This document shows positions 1-9,886 of a DNA stretch of 64,000 bases, in pieces (position 1 is the first letter of the stretch; every line of letters begins with the position of its first letter). Origin of the DNA: Diplonema japonicum (taxonomy: Eukaryota; Protista; Euglenozoa: Diplonemea); the NCBI GenBank assembly GCA_964019335.1, contig OZ025666.1, positions 62,001 through 126,000 on the forward strand. The letters are read 5' to 3'. The position numbers were made by a program, and so were the translations under genes. The notes under the pieces are model-generated. The model made no database searches. It was not told where the DNA came from and saw only the letters and a program-made list of their open reading frames with translations.

Positions 1-64
1 AAGTTCTATGATTATCTAAATTGGAATACAGGTGAATACACAAGACAAAGAAAAAAAAGTCGAA

Positions 65-280
65 ATGGCGAGCAAGTTTCTGAACCAAGTGATCTGGTTT
101 CTCGTGTGGTTGTTCATTAGCTGGCCTGTTGCCGCTTTCTGTACATTCTTCTATATCTTTTTGAATGCATTCAGGGCTTGCTGTCCCTGTGTGAAGGGGA
201 TAACGGAGTTCTGTCATAAAGGAGTTGACTTCACAGGCACAGCCAGTGACGGTGTTGTAAACGGTGACCAGCTGTGCTAG
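65..280 (+). CDS. Small (71 aa) hydrophobic, Cys-rich membrane protein of unknown function
   Basis: ATG at 65 (MASKFLNQVIWFLVWLFISWPVAAFCTFFYIF...CCPC); long hydrophobic stretch; candidate ACAG acceptor at 28-31. Confidence 0.7.
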   Translation: MASKFLNQVIWFLVWLFISWPVAAFCTFFYIFLNAFRACCPCVKGITEFCHKGVDFTGTASDGVVNGDQLC

Positions 281-685
281 GCGGGACTAGGCGGGAACTA
301 GGCGATGTATCTCCTGTTGCCCCTCGCTCCCCTCCTCCCTCCTCCCTCCTTCTCCCTTCTCCTCTTAAATGAGTGTGCTTCGATAGAGTCCCAGCAGTAG
401 TCCTTCTACAACTCAATCTTCATAAGATCTTTTCTTCTTCGGCCCGTTGTGCGGTGACCCTTGTTCCCGTAAGATGTCGCAGCTCATTGACGCCGAGGTC
501 CATAGGGTATTGATACCCACCCATGTCTTTTCACTCCTTGCTTATGAGCTTTTTCTTTTTCTTTGTAGTATTAACCACCTGGTCCCCCCTCCTACGTTTT
601 CGAATGTTTTCCCTTTTTTTTTTCCAACTTTTCGTTGTCAACCCCGAATCACAACCCTGGCAAGGTATCAGGGGAAAACCAGAAG

Positions 686-1159
686 ATGAACTTCGAACAC
701 GGCAGGACAGAGCAAGAGGTGGGGATGGAGATGTTGGCAGACTCGTGTGCAATGAGGTCCTGCATGGCGGGTGGGGGCGGGTACGTGATGGGTGGTGCGT
801 TTTCTATATTTGGTATGATGCTCGGTGGCAGTCAGATGGACAACGTGGGTGTGAAGGAGTTCTGGAGGCGTGCTGGAAAGAACGCAGTGCGGATGGGTAA
901 GGGGTTCGCTGTCTTCGGTTTCTTCTTCAGTGGCTTCGAAGCCGTCCTCGAGAAGCGACGGGGAAAACACGACTGGAAAAACGCAGGCATCGCTGGTGGT
1001 GTCATCGGTGCCGCGCAGGGCTACAAGTTCGCAGGCCCCCCAGCAGCCATTGCAGGTATGCCCAACCCTTCTTTCTAACAAGCCCAACTAACAAACCCCA
1101 CAGGCGCCGGTGCCGGTGCAGGCTTCTGCGCCCTCATCGACTGGTTCATGGACAATTAA
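686..1159 (+). CDS. TIM22: Tim17/Tim22/Tim23-family mitochondrial inner-membrane translocase, Tim22-like; exons 686-1055, 1104-1159
   Basis: DSCAMRSCMAGGGGYVMGGAF and FAVFGFFFSGFEAVLEKRRGKHDWKNAGIAGG are Tim17-family motifs; removing a 48-nt GTATG..CTAAC..CAG intron restores the C-terminus GAGAGAGFCALIDWFMDN*. Confidence 0.8.
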
Positions 1160-1378
1160 TCACTTGCTTCCACGCCCCCTTTCTATTTTCTTCTTTCTTT
1201 TTATTTTTATTTTATTTTTTACTTTCCCTGTTCCTCATTTTTTTCTTCAAGAGAAGCTTTATGGCATTCACGGTCGGGGGGGGAGGGGGCGTCTCCGTTT
1301 CAGCAGTTCATATGTTATACCTCATTAATCTTTATACCTACAAGCACTGCCCACAGACTGCGACTAAAATGCGGCTAG

Positions 1379-4300
1379 ATGTTGGCCATAATCTTGACGC
1401 TTGCGTTGAGTCAAGCGAGGAGGGCATGCGACTCTTCTCTGGACTGCAACAACAGAGGGGGCACCGTGACAGGTGTCGTGTCGTCAGGGTGTAACTGTGA
1501 TTGCACTGACAAGTGGGAAGGCGTAGCATGCGAAACGTGTCCTACTCACTACGACCAAGTGACATGCAACAGCTGTGCGGACGGTCGGATAGGCTACCCT
1601 GCGTGCACCACGTGTAGTGTGGGGATGGTGATGCCTGCTGTTCCCGGCGGCGGGAACTGCTATGGCTTGGAAGTGGCCGTTGTCTCTGTCTTAGGGATAG
1701 AATGCAAGTGCGTCTGTCAAAAAGGCTACGATCCTGATGAGAACTGCTTGCACTGCGCTCCAGGCTATTATGTTCCTCTTGGAGTACCAACGTGCTGGGA
1801 GTGTCGTTTGGACACGCACTGCTCCAGCCACGCCCTGTCTGTGGTTGACGACGGGTCGCGCAAGATGTGCAACTGTACTTGCCGCAATATGTGGACGGGC
1901 ACGCAGTGCCAGACATGTCCTGTTTCCTACAACCCAGCAGACCCTAGCGACGATTGTGGCGGCTGTCTTGTTGGCTACTTTGACTACGGTGGCGGAACGG
2001 GGACTGTCTGCCGTAGGTGTGACACAACAACCATCGCGTGCAACGGCAACGAAGCGAGCATCACGTCGGATGGCACGACATGCCAATGCGTGTGCCTCCC
2101 CCAGTATGAGGGCACAAATTGTGATGGGTGTGCCCAGGGGCGCGTGAACTACCCAGCGTGCACGCTGTGTACTTCTGCTGCGCATTGTTCGGACCATGCA
2201 GTGAACGTAACTTCGAATTCCGCACAAACAGCCTGCGAATGTGGGTGTGAAGGGCAGTGGACAGGCAGCACCTGCGACACATGCCCCATGCAGTACGATG
2301 CCTCTACGAATTGCTCGTCCTGCTCCGCCAACCACATCAACTACCCTTCCTGTGTGCAGTGCGATGTGAACGTTCACTGCAGCGGACATGCCACGTTATC
2401 CACGAATGACCCTACGTCCAAGTACTGCACGTGTGACTGCCTGCCAGGAGCCGACCCCCTTGAAGACTGCGCGAAGTGCCTAAATCAGCATATCTCGTAT
2501 CCCACTTGTACTGAATGCACGTCTGCAACGCATTGTTCAAGCCACGCCAGCACTGTTTCATCTGACACATCGATGACGGCCTGTCAGTGTGTGTGCAGCT
2601 CGGGATTCAGTAGTAGCGACTGCAGCACATGTGATGTAGGTTACATCCAATATCCCACCTGTACGGAGTGCACTCCAACCCAGCACTGCAGTGGGAATGC
2701 GCCTTCTGTTGTACCCGATGCGATGCAAGCAGTGTGCATATGCAGCTGCTCACCTGGTTTTGCACCACCCGACTGCTCTTCTTGCCTGGTGGGCTACATA
2801 GGCAGCACGTGCACGGAGTGCGACTTGATGACTGACTGCGGAAGCCATGCAACAGCAGTGACCTCTGACCCAAATAACACGGCGTGTGTGTGCACTTGCG
2901 TGCAGGGCTTCGGCGGCAGCAGCTGCACTGAATGTTCTCAAGGTTACATTAATTTTCCTACATGCACGCAATGCACGCCTGCGGACTGCAACGGACATGC
3001 CTCGGCCGTCACAGACGACGGGACACGAACAACCTGCGCATGCACGTGCCTAACGGAATACGATGGTGCAACATGCAACGAGTGTGCCTCTGGGTATTTC
3101 GGATACCCAACATGCACACAATGCACGGACGCTGCACACTGTAGCGGACACTCTGCCACTGTTGCGTCTAACCCTTCAAAGACGGGGTGTACCTGTACCT
3201 GCAGAAATGAGTGGACTTCTACTGACTGCAGTACATGTCCCCCTCCTTACACAGGTGCCGATTGTGACATGTGTTTGCCGAACCACATCAGTTATCCAAC
3301 CTGCACCTTATGCTCTGTGACTCTCCATTGCAACTCCAAGGCTACAGCAGTGCAAGCGAACACTGCACAAGACCAGTGTGTGTGCTCATGCCAAGACAAG
3401 TGGACGGGTGATTGCTCTGTTTGCCCTAGCAGGTACAACCAAATGACTTGCGACAAATGTGCGGTTGGCAGCACTGACTACCCTGTGTGCGGGTCATGCA
3501 AGGTGAAAGACCATTGCAACGACCATGCTCTGTCGGCGACATCCAACCCTTCGCACACTGACTGCGTGTGTGTGTGCAGGAACAACTGGGAGCTACCGAA
3601 GTGTGCAACGTGTCCTTCGAAGTATGCAGGCGACTGCGACGAGTGTGCCGCCAACCACATTACTTACTCGACGTGCACCTTGTGTGACATCGCAGCACAC
3701 TGCAGCAACCATGCCCACAGTGTCATAGATGATGGCACAAGGACATCTTGCAAATGCGACTGTCGCGACCAGTGGGAAGGTCCTTCCTGTGCTTCGTGCC
3801 CAGTACAGTACGAACAGGGAGCATGTACCTCATGCGCGGTCAACTTCATCAACTACCCTAATTGCACAAAATGCACTTCGGCAGACCATTGCAGCAACCA
3901 TGCATCATATGTGACATCAAACCCATCAAACACGGGTTGCACCTGCACGTGCAGAGAACAGTGGCTGGGCCTCTCCTGCGACACGTGCCCCTCGGTCTTT
4001 GGTGGTTCCGATTGTAATGAGTGCATTACGGGAAGCATTGGGCCTTTTCCTTCGTGCATATTTTGCACCTCAGCTACGCACTGCAATGACCATGCAGCGA
4101 CAGTCACAGATGATGGAACAAGGACCACCTGCAAATGCACATGTTCCAGTCAATATGATGGTGCCACGTGCAACTCTTGTAAAGTGGGTTACATTGGATA
4201 TCCTGTGTGCACGCAGTGCGACCTTTCCATTCACTGCAGCAACCATGCCCACAGTGTCACGGATGATGGCACGGGAACCTCGTGTAGCTGTGTTTGCCGT

Positions 4301-7300
4301 GACAAATGGGAAGGTGCTTCTTGTGCTTCGTGCCCAGTGCAGTACGACCAGACAACGTGTGATAAGTGTGCTGCAAACTACATCAACTACCCGACCTGTG
4401 CACAATGCAACTCGACAGCCCATTGTAACGACCATGCTTCTGCTGTTGTTTCAAACCCCACGAACACGGACTGCATTTGCACGTGCAGAGAACAGTGGCA
4501 AGGCCCTGCCTGCAGTGTGTGTCCTTCTGTCTTTGGTGGCTCCGATTGCAACGAATGTGTTGCTGGAAGCATCGGGCCCTTTCCGTCATGCACAGTTTGC
4601 AGCTCAGCAGTTCACTGCAGTGACCATGCCGTTGTTGTAACGGATGATGGAACACGGTCAACTTGTGTGTGCACCTGTGACACAATGTACGATGATGCTG
4701 AATGCGACACCTGCAAGGTAGGCTACATTAGTTATCCAGCTTGCACTGAATGCCTGCCGGCGGTGCACTGCAATGGCCACGCAACCTCCGCGTCAGATAA
4801 TGGAAACAGGACGGCGTGCACGTGTGACTGCCGCGACCAGTGGGCAGGAGATGTCTGTGATCAGTGTGATCCACGCTACGATGCAAATACCTGCAACATA
4901 TGTTCTCAAGGCTATATCAACTATCCCACCTGCGCACAATGCACCTCTGCAGCTCATTGCAACGACCATGCATCTTCTGTTGTTCCTGATCCATCACACA
5001 CTAGTTGCTTGTGCACGTGTAGGGAACAGTGGCAGGGGCTTGTCTGTGACACGTGCCCTCCCACCTATGGTGGCACTGATTGCAACGAATGTGCTGCTAA
5101 TAGCATTGGGCCCTTCCCTTCGTGCGCGGTATGCACCTCAGCGGCGCACTGCAATGACCATGCGGCAACAGTCATTGATGATGGCACAAGGACTCTGTGC
5201 TTATGCACTTGCGACACGATGTACGATGGTCTTACGTGTGATGTTTGTAAGGTGGACCACATTAGTTATCCTACGTGCACGCAGTGCGACCTTTCCATTC
5301 ACTGCAGCAACCATGCCCACAGTGTCACGGATGATGGCACGAGGACCTCGTGTAGATGTGTTTGCCGCGACAAATGGGAAGGTGCTTCTTGTGCTTCGTG
5401 CCCAGTGCAGTACGACCAGACAACGTGTGATAAGTGTGCTGTTGACCACATTAATTACCCTTCTTGCGTGCAGTGTGCTTCTTCGACACACTGCAACAAC
5501 AAAGCAACTTCTGTAACGTCCAACTCTTCCAACACAGGTTGCATCTGCACGTGCAGGGAACAGTGGAGTGGGCCTACCTGTGCCACATGCCCTCCGAGCT
5601 ATGGCGGTAGTGATTGTAATGAATGTAGCCCAGGAAGCATCGGTGTTTATCCTGCGTGTGTAGTTTGCACTTCAACGGCACACTGCAATGACCATGCGGT
5701 ACTTGTGGTTGACGATGGTAACAGGATGGAGTGCGTGTGCACCTGTAACACGATGTATGATGGTGCCACGTGCAACTCTTGCAAAGTGGGCTACATTAGT
5801 TATCCTGTGTGCACGCAGTGCGACCTTTCCATTCACTGCAGCAACCATGCCCACAGTGCCACGGATGATGGCACGGGAACCTCGTGTAGCTGTGTTTGCC
5901 GTGACAAATGGGAAGGTGCTTCTTGTGCTTCGTGCCCAGTGCAGTACGACCAGACAACGTGTGATAAGTGTGCTGCAAACTACATCAACTACCCGACCTG
6001 TGCACAATGCAACTCGACAGCCCATTGTAACGACCATGCTTCTGCTGTTGTTTCAAACCCCACGAACACGGACTGCATTTGCACGTGCAGAGAACAGTGG
6101 CAAGGCCCTGCCTGCAGTGTGTGTCCTTCTGTCTTTGGTGGCTCCGATTGCAACGAATGTGTTGCTGGAAGCATCGGGCCCTTTCCGTCATGCACAGTTT
6201 GCAGCTCAGCAGTTCACTGCAGTGACCATGCCGTTGTTGTAACGGATGATGGAACACGGTCAAATTGTGTGTGCACCTGTTCCAGTCAATATGATGGTGC
6301 CATGTGCGACACCTGCAAGGTAGGCTACATTAGTTATCCAACGTGCACTGAGTGTGATGTTGTGACGCATTGCAGTGGCCGCGCTTCAGGCGTAACAAGT
6401 GATAGTATGCGCAGTATTTGCGAGTGCACTTGCAACGGAAAATGGACGGGGCCTGCCTGCGACACGTGTCCTCCAAGGTTTACAGGAGCGCAGTGTGACA
6501 GGTGTGTAGTTGGTGTATGGCCAAGTTGTGTGGACTGCAGTATGTATCAGTGCAATGGGTTCAGCGTGAAGGCGACTGACAGTGGTGAGTGCGTATGCGA
6601 GTGTGGGAATCAGTGGACCGGGGACCACTGCACGTCTTGCAGTGAGGAGTACGAAGGTGTCAATTGCGACAAGTGTGCGAAAGGCTACATCATGGACATG
6701 TGCAGTCCTCAAGGCTGCAAGTGCACAAAGTGTGATGTGCAGCAACACTGCAGCAACCACGCCGACAACGCCACTGACGATGGCACACGGAAGTCCTGTG
6801 TGTGCACATGCACAGCACCATGGGTGGGCGACGTCTGCGACACGTGCCCTGACATCTTGACACCCGACTGCACGGCCTGTATCGGGGGGTACACCAACTT
6901 CCCGCATTGCACCATTTGCAACAAGCTCGACACATGCGGCACACTGCACGTCATAGACGCTGTTATTGTGAACAACACCTGCAAGTGCCTCTGCGAGGAC
7001 TCGTGGGACAGCAGCACAAATTGCACAACATGCCCACCACAGTACAATGCAACAGACGACTGCAAGTCCTGTGCCACCAACCGTGGTGCGTACCCGACAT
7101 GTGCGTGCATCGACCAATGGGAAGGCCTTACTTGCTCCGACTGCGCTATGCAGTACGACAACAGCTCGTGCAACTCCTGCGCCACAAACAGAGAGAACTA
7201 CCCCGTGTGCTCGTGCACCGACCAATGGGAGGGCGAAGGCTGCGACACGTGTCACTTCAAATACAACGCGGAGTGCAATGATTGTGAGACGAACAGGAAA

Positions 7301-8134
7301 GACTACCCTTCATGTTTATGTCGAAACAAGTGGGAAGGCAAGAGTTGTGATGTGTGTGGTGTGAGATATGACCCACTGCTTGACTGCAGTGAATGTGGCA
7401 ACAACCGGGAAACTTTCCCTGCTTGTGCATGTCGGAACAGCTGGGAGGGCGACGGGTGCGATGTATGTGACGTGAGGTACAACAGCAGCAATGACTGCAA
7501 CTCATGCGGCGCAAACAGGATAGGGCACCCTACCTGCGGGTGTTCAAACCAATGGACAGGCGACGCATGTACAATGTGCCCAGATCTTTACAACATGAGC
7601 AACGACTGCGGGTCGTGTGCCGAGGGGAGGGCGGGATATCCAGGTTGTGCAGTTTGCAGTTTGCTGAATTGCAGCGCAGGTGCACAGGAGGCTCTTGTTG
7701 CACACGATAGCTGCACCTGTGAATGCAGGAACTCCTGGGTGGGTGTCCAGTGTGAGATCTGCCCACTGAGCCGCCCCAACGACGCGTGCGATCCGTGCTA
7801 TGGAGTGACGAAAGAGCTGTGGCTGGGTCTCGGGTTCTCCGTTTTCTCATTTGGGGCCACCGCAGTGTGGTACGCCCTGACATGGGCTAAGTTCAGGAAA
7901 ATGCGGTTGAAATTGATCGAGCAAAAGGTCGACATCACAATGGACCCGGACGAAGTGGCGGAGAACGAAGGCATGCCGGTTCTTCGGTTTGTGAGTCCTT
8001 CGTTGCTCTCGCGTGTCTTCACACCCCTCAAAGAAACACAATGGGGCGTCGGGAAGAAAGCAACAGGTTTCCACACCACCGACGTATCCCTCAACCCCCT
8101 TGACGGGGGCAACGAGTCAAAGATATCCTTATGA
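1379..8134 (+). CDS. Giant type-I membrane protein (2251 aa) built of laminin-EGF-like Cys-rich repeats
   Basis: N-terminal signal peptide; dozens of ~59-aa units CxxxHCSxHA...CxCxCxxxWxGxxCxxC...YPxC; single TM (LWLGLGFSVFSFGATAVWYALTW) followed by a basic stop-transfer and short tail. Confidence 0.9.
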   Translation: MLAIILTLALSQARRACDSSLDCNNRGGTVTGVVSSGCNCDCTDKWEGVACETCPTHYDQVTCNSCADGRIGYPACTTCSVGMVMPAVPGGGNCYGLEVAVVSVLGIECKCVCQKGYDPDENCLHCAPGYYVPLGVPTCWECRLDTHCSSHALSVVDDGSRKMCNCTCRNMWTGTQCQTCPVSYNPADPSDDCGGCLVGYFDYGGGTGTVCRRCDTTTIACNGNEASITSDGTTCQCVCLPQYEGTNCDGCAQGRVNYPACTLCTSAAHCSDHAVNVTSNSAQTACECGCEGQWTGSTCDTCPMQYDASTNCSSCSANHINYPSCVQCDVNVHCSGHATLSTNDPTSKYCTCDCLPGADPLEDCAKCLNQHISYPTCTECTSATHCSSHASTVSSDTSMTACQCVCSSGFSSSDCSTCDVGYIQYPTCTECTPTQHCSGNAPSVVPDAMQAVCICSCSPGFAPPDCSSCLVGYIGSTCTECDLMTDCGSHATAVTSDPNNTACVCTCVQGFGGSSCTECSQGYINFPTCTQCTPADCNGHASAVTDDGTRTTCACTCLTEYDGATCNECASGYFGYPTCTQCTDAAHCSGHSATVASNPSKTGCTCTCRNEWTSTDCSTCPPPYTGADCDMCLPNHISYPTCTLCSVTLHCNSKATAVQANTAQDQCVCSCQDKWTGDCSVCPSRYNQMTCDKCAVGSTDYPVCGSCKVKDHCNDHALSATSNPSHTDCVCVCRNNWELPKCATCPSKYAGDCDECAANHITYSTCTLCDIAAHCSNHAHSVIDDGTRTSCKCDCRDQWEGPSCASCPVQYEQGACTSCAVNFINYPNCTKCTSADHCSNHASYVTSNPSNTGCTCTCREQWLGLSCDTCPSVFGGSDCNECITGSIGPFPSCIFCTSATHCNDHAATVTDDGTRTTCKCTCSSQYDGATCNSCKVGYIGYPVCTQCDLSIHCSNHAHSVTDDGTGTSCSCVCRDKWEGASCASCPVQYDQTTCDKCAANYINYPTCAQCNSTAHCNDHASAVVSNPTNTDCICTCREQWQGPACSVCPSVFGGSDCNECVAGSIGPFPSCTVCSSAVHCSDHAVVVTDDGTRSTCVCTCDTMYDDAECDTCKVGYISYPACTECLPAVHCNGHATSASDNGNRTACTCDCRDQWAGDVCDQCDPRYDANTCNICSQGYINYPTCAQCTSAAHCNDHASSVVPDPSHTSCLCTCREQWQGLVCDTCPPTYGGTDCNECAANSIGPFPSCAVCTSAAHCNDHAATVIDDGTRTLCLCTCDTMYDGLTCDVCKVDHISYPTCTQCDLSIHCSNHAHSVTDDGTRTSCRCVCRDKWEGASCASCPVQYDQTTCDKCAVDHINYPSCVQCASSTHCNNKATSVTSNSSNTGCICTCREQWSGPTCATCPPSYGGSDCNECSPGSIGVYPACVVCTSTAHCNDHAVLVVDDGNRMECVCTCNTMYDGATCNSCKVGYISYPVCTQCDLSIHCSNHAHSATDDGTGTSCSCVCRDKWEGASCASCPVQYDQTTCDKCAANYINYPTCAQCNSTAHCNDHASAVVSNPTNTDCICTCREQWQGPACSVCPSVFGGSDCNECVAGSIGPFPSCTVCSSAVHCSDHAVVVTDDGTRSNCVCTCSSQYDGAMCDTCKVGYISYPTCTECDVVTHCSGRASGVTSDSMRSICECTCNGKWTGPACDTCPPRFTGAQCDRCVVGVWPSCVDCSMYQCNGFSVKATDSGECVCECGNQWTGDHCTSCSEEYEGVNCDKCAKGYIMDMCSPQGCKCTKCDVQQHCSNHADNATDDGTRKSCVCTCTAPWVGDVCDTCPDILTPDCTACIGGYTNFPHCTICNKLDTCGTLHVIDAVIVNNTCKCLCEDSWDSSTNCTTCPPQYNATDDCKSCATNRGAYPTCACIDQWEGLTCSDCAMQYDNSSCNSCATNRENYPVCSCTDQWEGEGCDTCHFKYNAECNDCETNRKDYPSCLCRNKWEGKSCDVCGVRYDPLLDCSECGNNRETFPACACRNSWEGDGCDVCDVRYNSSNDCNSCGANRIGHPTCGCSNQWTGDACTMCPDLYNMSNDCGSCAEGRAGYPGCAVCSLLNCSAGAQEALVAHDSCTCECRNSWVGVQCEICPLSRPNDACDPCYGVTKELWLGLGFSVFSFGATAVWYALTWAKFRKMRLKLIEQKVDITMDPDEVAENEGMPVLRFVSPSLLSRVFTPLKETQWGVGKKATGFHTTDVSLNPLDGGNESKISL
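3701..6400 (+). repeat. 534-nt (178-aa, three-unit) higher-order tandem repeat within the EGF-like gene
   Basis: Equivalent anchor codons at 3701, 4235, 4769, 5303, 5837, 6371 (spacing exactly 534); ~4155-4660 is near-identical to ~5757-6262. Confidence 0.9.
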
Positions 8135-8631
8135 AAAAAAAAAAAAAACAAAAACAAACAATAAACAAATCAAGAAAAAAAACTCAAACACGAGTTTTTA
8201 TTAGACTACTATATGTTCGAACTTACTTTCTTCTCTTTTTTGTGTCTTTTTTTAGTTCGCCCCCTTTGTTTAAAATGTTTCTTCTCTCGGGGTAAGGGGT
8301 AGCGTGTTTTATTTCTTTTCTTCTTCTGTTCCTTCTTCAACGCAGGCTTCCGTGTTGAATCACCTTATTATTCCGTTTATTCATTTTCTTGCTTTATTTT
8401 TTTGTTAATCTAACAACACAGGAGGAAAGAGGGTAAAAATAAAAGGAGGGGAGATGCAGTACATCGTAGAGCAGCTGTAAGTTTCCTTATCCCACATACC
8501 TCTATAGAACACACACCTTAAAAAGAAGAAGGTGAAGTAGAACAGTTAGTTAAGTAAAGCAAGTTAGTTTTTCTCTTTTTTGGCGTGCAAACCCGTGCGT
8601 GAAGTGAACAGTACCTAGCCTTGTGTTTGCG

Positions 8632-9817
8632 ATGGGGTGTTGCACGTCAAAAGAGAAGTCTCCCAAGGGACAAATAAGTGTATGAAAAAAAAAAGAAAAA
8701 TGGAAAAAAAAACAGAAAATTGAAAGTGGGGAACGCGAAGCGGACTTCAGTGGGAAAGTCCTCCGCCGCCAAGAGCTCGATGGGATCTCACGGGCAGTGC
8801 TTGGCAGCAGCAACCTAACAACGCTGTTACTCAGCTGGGCTGGGTTGAAAGATAAAGGCGTCTCGATTTTGGAAGGCGCTCTGTGCGGGAGTCCTTCTCT
8901 GGAAACCCTAGTGCTTGCAGGTACCTGCAATAAATACAACCACCACATCGACAGGGAACGGCATCACGAACAAGGGCGCTGTGGTCATGTCCCGCGTGTT
9001 GGAGCACACCACCTCGCTGCAGATGTGTTCTCTCGCCGAGAACAAAATAGCAAACAGTGGCCTTTCTGTATGCCACCTCTTCCCAAACCATAACTAAACG
9101 CAGGCGCTGGCAACAGCGGTGGAGAAGAACGACAGCCTGACTGACCTGCGGCTGGGTGGGAACAGGATGGTGTTCGACGACACGGAGGAAGCGATGGAGG
9201 TCCTGGACCCATTGTTCAGGAGGCGGAAGCGGTTGACCTTCTTCGACCTGCGTGGGAACCCTATTGACGGCACCGTGTTGACCGACATCCTGGAGAGGAT
9301 GGCCAGGCCCCAGGAGCTGCAGCTCGACGCGGCGTCTATTACCAACTCGGAGCTCTTCACTACACACAATCGTGAAGCGCGCGACACGAGTACACCCCAC
9401 CTGTACTCACCCCCATGCGGACAAGGGAGCAACCCTCTTGCTGCATCTAAGACCGACGATTACGAAGACGTCACCAGCCCAACAGGCGGCCAGCCAACAT
9501 CCCCTGGGAAAGAACCAAACCTACAAAAAGCTGTCTCAAAAGAACAAGTTGTAGTAGTAATGGATGAAGATGAAGGACCCTTAACGAAACTGGAAGAAAA
9601 GAAGAATGAAGAAGGCGGTGACCGAGAAGAAGAGCTACCACAACGGCGGGAAGATGAAGAAGAGCAAGAACCCAAACAGCAAGGGCACCCGGAAACCATT
9701 CTTGAAAAACAAGAGCAGCAAGAGGCACAGCGGGAGGCCCCCGAGACGCCACTTGACGATGGCAACATACAGCCAGCCTTCGAGGATGGCGTAGTACATG
9801 AAAAAGATGATAGCTAA
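8632..9817 (+). CDS. RI-type leucine-rich repeat protein with N-terminal acylation motif and acidic tail; exons 8632-8679, 8716-8920, 8955-9067, 9104-9817
   Basis: MGCCTS start; LRR units such as LETLVLAGNGITNKGA, LQMCSLAENKIANSG, LTDLRLGGN, LTFFDLRGNPI join in frame after removing 36-, 34- and 36-nt GT-AG introns. Confidence 0.85.
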
Positions 9818-9886
9818 ATTACCTGTGCTCATATTATAACCTTAATGTTTTCATTGTCAAGTATCACCACAGGGTAAAAGGGTAAC

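Noticed and set aside
368-530. Possible AGA-box RNA or extra upstream exon before the Tim22-like gene
   Set aside because: Stems weak, no convincing target, and no in-frame splice to the CDS found
8454-8535. Tiny spliced ORF MQYIVEQL(THTLKRRR)
   Set aside because: Only 8-16 codons; no independent support
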